Shown here one piece after another: positions 61,682-64,000 of a DNA stretch of 64,000 nt. The stretch is from an uncultured Opitutaceae bacterium (GTDB taxonomy: Bacteria; Verrucomicrobiota; Verrucomicrobiia; Opitutales; Opitutaceae). The notes under the pieces are model-generated. The model searched no databases. It had not been told where the DNA came from and saw only the letters and a program-made list of their open reading frames with translations. The first letter of the stretch is position 1. Each line of letters opens with the position of its first letter. The translations under genes were made by a program, and so were the position numbers. The stretch is from the NCBI GenBank assembly GCA_965659875.1, contig CBFHXU010000001.1, forward strand, positions 3,171-67,170, written 5' to 3'.

Positions 61682-62704
61682 GTGTCTCACTCCAACGTCA
61701 CCGACAAACTCGACCGGCCCTTACGCGATCTGCGGATTTCCGTTACAGATCGTTGTAATTTTCGCTGCCCGTATTGTATGCCCAAAGAAGTGTTCGGGGC
61801 GGATTATGCGTTCTTGCGCGACCCGCAGTTGATGTCGGCCGATGAGATTGTAGCGATCGCGCATTCGTTTGTTGAATTGGGGGTCACGAAAATACGGCTG
61901 ACCGGAGGCGAGCCGCTATTGCGGAAGGACTTGAGTGAAATCGTGCGGCGCTTGAAATCGGAGGTTCGCATCCCGGAAGTCGCCTTAACGACCAATGGTT
62001 GGTTACTCGCTCGCTACGCCGAGGAGTTGCGCGACGCGGGACTTGATCGGCTCAATGTTTCGGTGGATTCGCTCTCGGCTGAGACGGCGGGCAAAATGAA
62101 TGGCATGGGGCTCGATTCGCGGCGGGTGCTCGAGGCCATTGATCTGGCCAGCGGTCTGGGCCTGCCGGTCAAAATCAACACCGCCGTGCGTCGCGGTATC
62201 AATGATCATGAGGTTGAGGATTTGGCGGCCTATTTCCGCGAGCGGGGTCATACGCTGCGATTCATCGAATTTATGGACGTTGGCAATTCCAACGGCTGGC
62301 AATCGGATGAGGTGGTCCCAGCCCACGAGATCGTTGATCGGGTCAACGCGAAATGGCCGATTGAACCGATTGCTCCCGCCTACCGCGGTGAGGTCGCTGC
62401 GCGCTACCGCTATACGGACGGGGCAGGGGAAATCGGGATCATTGCTTCCATCACCGAGCCATTTTGTCGCGATTGCCACCGGGCCCGACTTTCAGCTGAC
62501 GGGAAATTGCATACGTGTCTGTTCAGTGCGCTGGGCTGGGATGTGCTTTCGGAATTGCGTAAGGGTGCCGCTGGAGACAGTTTAACACGTTATATTTCAG
62601 GAATATGGGCAGGTAGGGCAGATCGCTATTCGGACGAACGTTCCGAGCGTGAGGCCCGGGGCGAGGTCGAAAACAAGCCCGAGATGAGCTATCTCGGAGG
62701 ATAG
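61682..62704 (+). CDS. moaA: GTP 3',8-cyclase (radical SAM)
   Basis: CNFRCPYCMP cluster, a C-terminal CRDCHRARLSADGKLHTCLF, and a GG terminus. GTG start. Confidence 0.9.
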   Translation: MSHSNVTDKLDRPLRDLRISVTDRCNFRCPYCMPKEVFGADYAFLRDPQLMSADEIVAIAHSFVELGVTKIRLTGGEPLLRKDLSEIVRRLKSEVRIPEVALTTNGWLLARYAEELRDAGLDRLNVSVDSLSAETAGKMNGMGLDSRRVLEAIDLASGLGLPVKINTAVRRGINDHEVEDLAAYFRERGHTLRFIEFMDVGNSNGWQSDEVVPAHEIVDRVNAKWPIEPIAPAYRGEVAARYRYTDGAGEIGIIASITEPFCRDCHRARLSADGKLHTCLFSALGWDVLSELRKGAAGDSLTRYISGIWAGRADRYSDERSEREARGEVENKPEMSYLGG

Positions 62705-62759
62705 TGATAGGTCTGTTCGGTTCTAAATGGGAGTTTAACCCCATATCTACGTCGTGAAG

Positions 62760-62975
62760 TTACTTCGTCGTTACTTGAACCTGCCTGCGCACCGTCTTCT
62801 CGCACCGTCCATAGGCCGTGGCCATGGCCTTTGGGCTCTCTAGGACTCGGTTCACTATCTCTACTCGACCTCTGGGGGTAGGTTTGGCGTTCTGGAGCAG
62901 TCTCATGCGGTTGGTGGGTTGGTGGATGTTTTTTGTTTCACACCTCCGTCTTCTGGCCTCCAACCGCGGGGACAA
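62760..62975 (-). pseudogene. IS481-like transposase N-terminal (HTH) fragment
   Basis: NIH..NAKPTPRGRVEIVNRVLE.PKAMATAYGRCEKTVRRQV resembles the N-terminus of IS481-family transposases (NARLTPRGR..MV.R). There is no DDE catalytic part and the sequence is disrupted. Confidence 0.35.
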
Positions 62976-63062
62976 CCTTCTGAAACCTCACACCCTGGGC
63001 TCCACCGGCTTAGGCACATCGATCAGCTCCGGCGCCGTTTGACGAACGCCTGAGCTTAAGAC

Positions 63063-63947
63063 TTATGTGAGCAGCCGTTCACAGAGTGTGCTCAATTGCT
63101 CTCGCAGCGAAACACTTCTTTCCGCAAAATCCCGCTGGTAGCGTTCGTATTCGGTGCGTCCTGTGGGCGTTTCGATTTCGATCGGACGATAACCCATGGC
63201 GGCTAGATCGTAAGGGCTTGCCCGCATATCGATTTCTCGAATGTCCCGCGCGAGGGCGAAGCAGTCAGCCAGTAGATCAGAAGGACAATACGGTGACAGT
63301 TTTGAGGCCCATTTATAGAGATCCATGTTGGCGTGAAGACATCCGCGTTGATCCAAATCGATGGCCGACTCGCGCGTCGGTTGGTGGCGGTTGAGGGGTC
63401 GGGCCGGGTCGGTGAAGAACCGGAACGCGTCAAAATGGGTGCAGCACCCGGGACCGTTTTCGACGATGCGCGCAATCTCCGCGCGATCGAAGCGCAGCGG
63501 GTGAGCGTTGTGGCGCACCTCTTCGGGAGTCTGCCGGTAAACCATCGCCCACTCGTGCCAACCATAACAGCCAAAGAAGGGCGGGCGTGATCCCGTGGCC
63601 GTCAGAAATTCCCGTAGCCAACGCACAAAGCGCAGGCGTTTTTCAGGGATACCGCCGACCTCAAGCTGCACGCCGTCACCGGTTTTCTGATACTCAGACC
63701 AGCGGAGAAATTCTTGGGCGGGTTCACCTTCGAGCACCGTATCAGGCCCCGGGTGCCAACGTCGCAGCCAGGCCGGTCGAAACGAATAGTAAGTGAACAG
63801 GAAATCTTCGACCGGATGTTTTTCGCCCCGAGAAGCCCGGTGGCGATGGGGCTCGATCCATTGATCCACCCGCATTTCGTGAGCCCGTTTTTGCTCCTGC
63901 CACGCGGCGGCGGAGAGTGATTTATTGGGCGACGATGTGATCACCAT
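63063..63947 (-). CDS. Conserved hypothetical protein (family often annotated as 3-methyladenine DNA glycosylase)
   Basis: HPVEDFLFTYYSFRPAWLRRWHPG is the motif I associate with that annotation; the function is not verified here. ATG at 63947; the longer start at 63980 is TTG. Confidence 0.6.
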   Translation of the reverse strand: MVITSSPNKSLSAAAWQEQKRAHEMRVDQWIEPHRHRASRGEKHPVEDFLFTYYSFRPAWLRRWHPGPDTVLEGEPAQEFLRWSEYQKTGDGVQLEVGGIPEKRLRFVRWLREFLTATGSRPPFFGCYGWHEWAMVYRQTPEEVRHNAHPLRFDRAEIARIVENGPGCCTHFDAFRFFTDPARPLNRHQPTRESAIDLDQRGCLHANMDLYKWASKLSPYCPSDLLADCFALARDIREIDMRASPYDLAAMGYRPIEIETPTGRTEYERYQRDFAERSVSLREQLSTLCERLLT

Positions 63948-64000
63948 ATCAGGCAAGGCCGTAACCGTGGGCGCGGTCAAACTGTTCCGGTTGCTTCCGA

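Overview
This is a 64-kb, GC-rich (about 57-60% by eye, not computed) chromosomal segment that looks like a PVC-superphylum genome, most like Verrucomicrobiota (Opitutales-type). The basis is gene content: a PSCyt/DUF1549/DUF1553 + DUF1501 pair, a DUF1552 + DUF1592 pair, a PVC-type CxxCH dehydrogenase, a TonB-dependent receptor and many sulfatases. Housekeeping genes sit on both flanks: aroG, miaB and gmk on the left; gnd, pntAA-pntAB-pntB, moaE-D-C, moeA and moaA on the right. The centre (about 13.7-51.7 kb) is a sulfatase-rich carbohydrate locus. It holds 6 S1-type sulfatases, 3 other phosphoesterase-type enzymes, 2 DUF1080 domains, a Tat-exported Gfo/Idh/MocA oxidoreductase and a xylose-isomerase-like TIM barrel. 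It also holds a heme-c-linked dehydrogenase, a BNR_4-like propeller, a PhyH dioxygenase, a myo-inositol oxygenase, an SSS symporter, a TonB receptor and a NahK-like kinase. I recognise almost no classical glycoside hydrolase in it. One LacI-family regulator sits in the middle, and a GTAACG-N-TTNC motif recurs in at least six promoter regions of the locus. My best candidate for an undescribed system is therefore a LacI-controlled, hydrolase-poor sulfated-glycan or inositol-derivative locus that cleaves glycosides by oxidation. Accessory and mobile features: a four-helix-bundle (Avd / 23S-IVS protein family) gene bracketed by ~33-bp polypurine/polypyrimidine inverted repeats; a REP-like hairpin family; a 320-bp MITE-like insertion with a 6-bp target duplication inside one REP; a yefM-yoeB module; an orphan VapC-like PIN domain fused in frame to a truncated phosphodiesterase; and an IS481-like fragment. 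I found no rRNA, tRNA, CRISPR array, integrase or reverse transcriptase. All family calls rest on motif recognition in the supplied translations, not on database searches.
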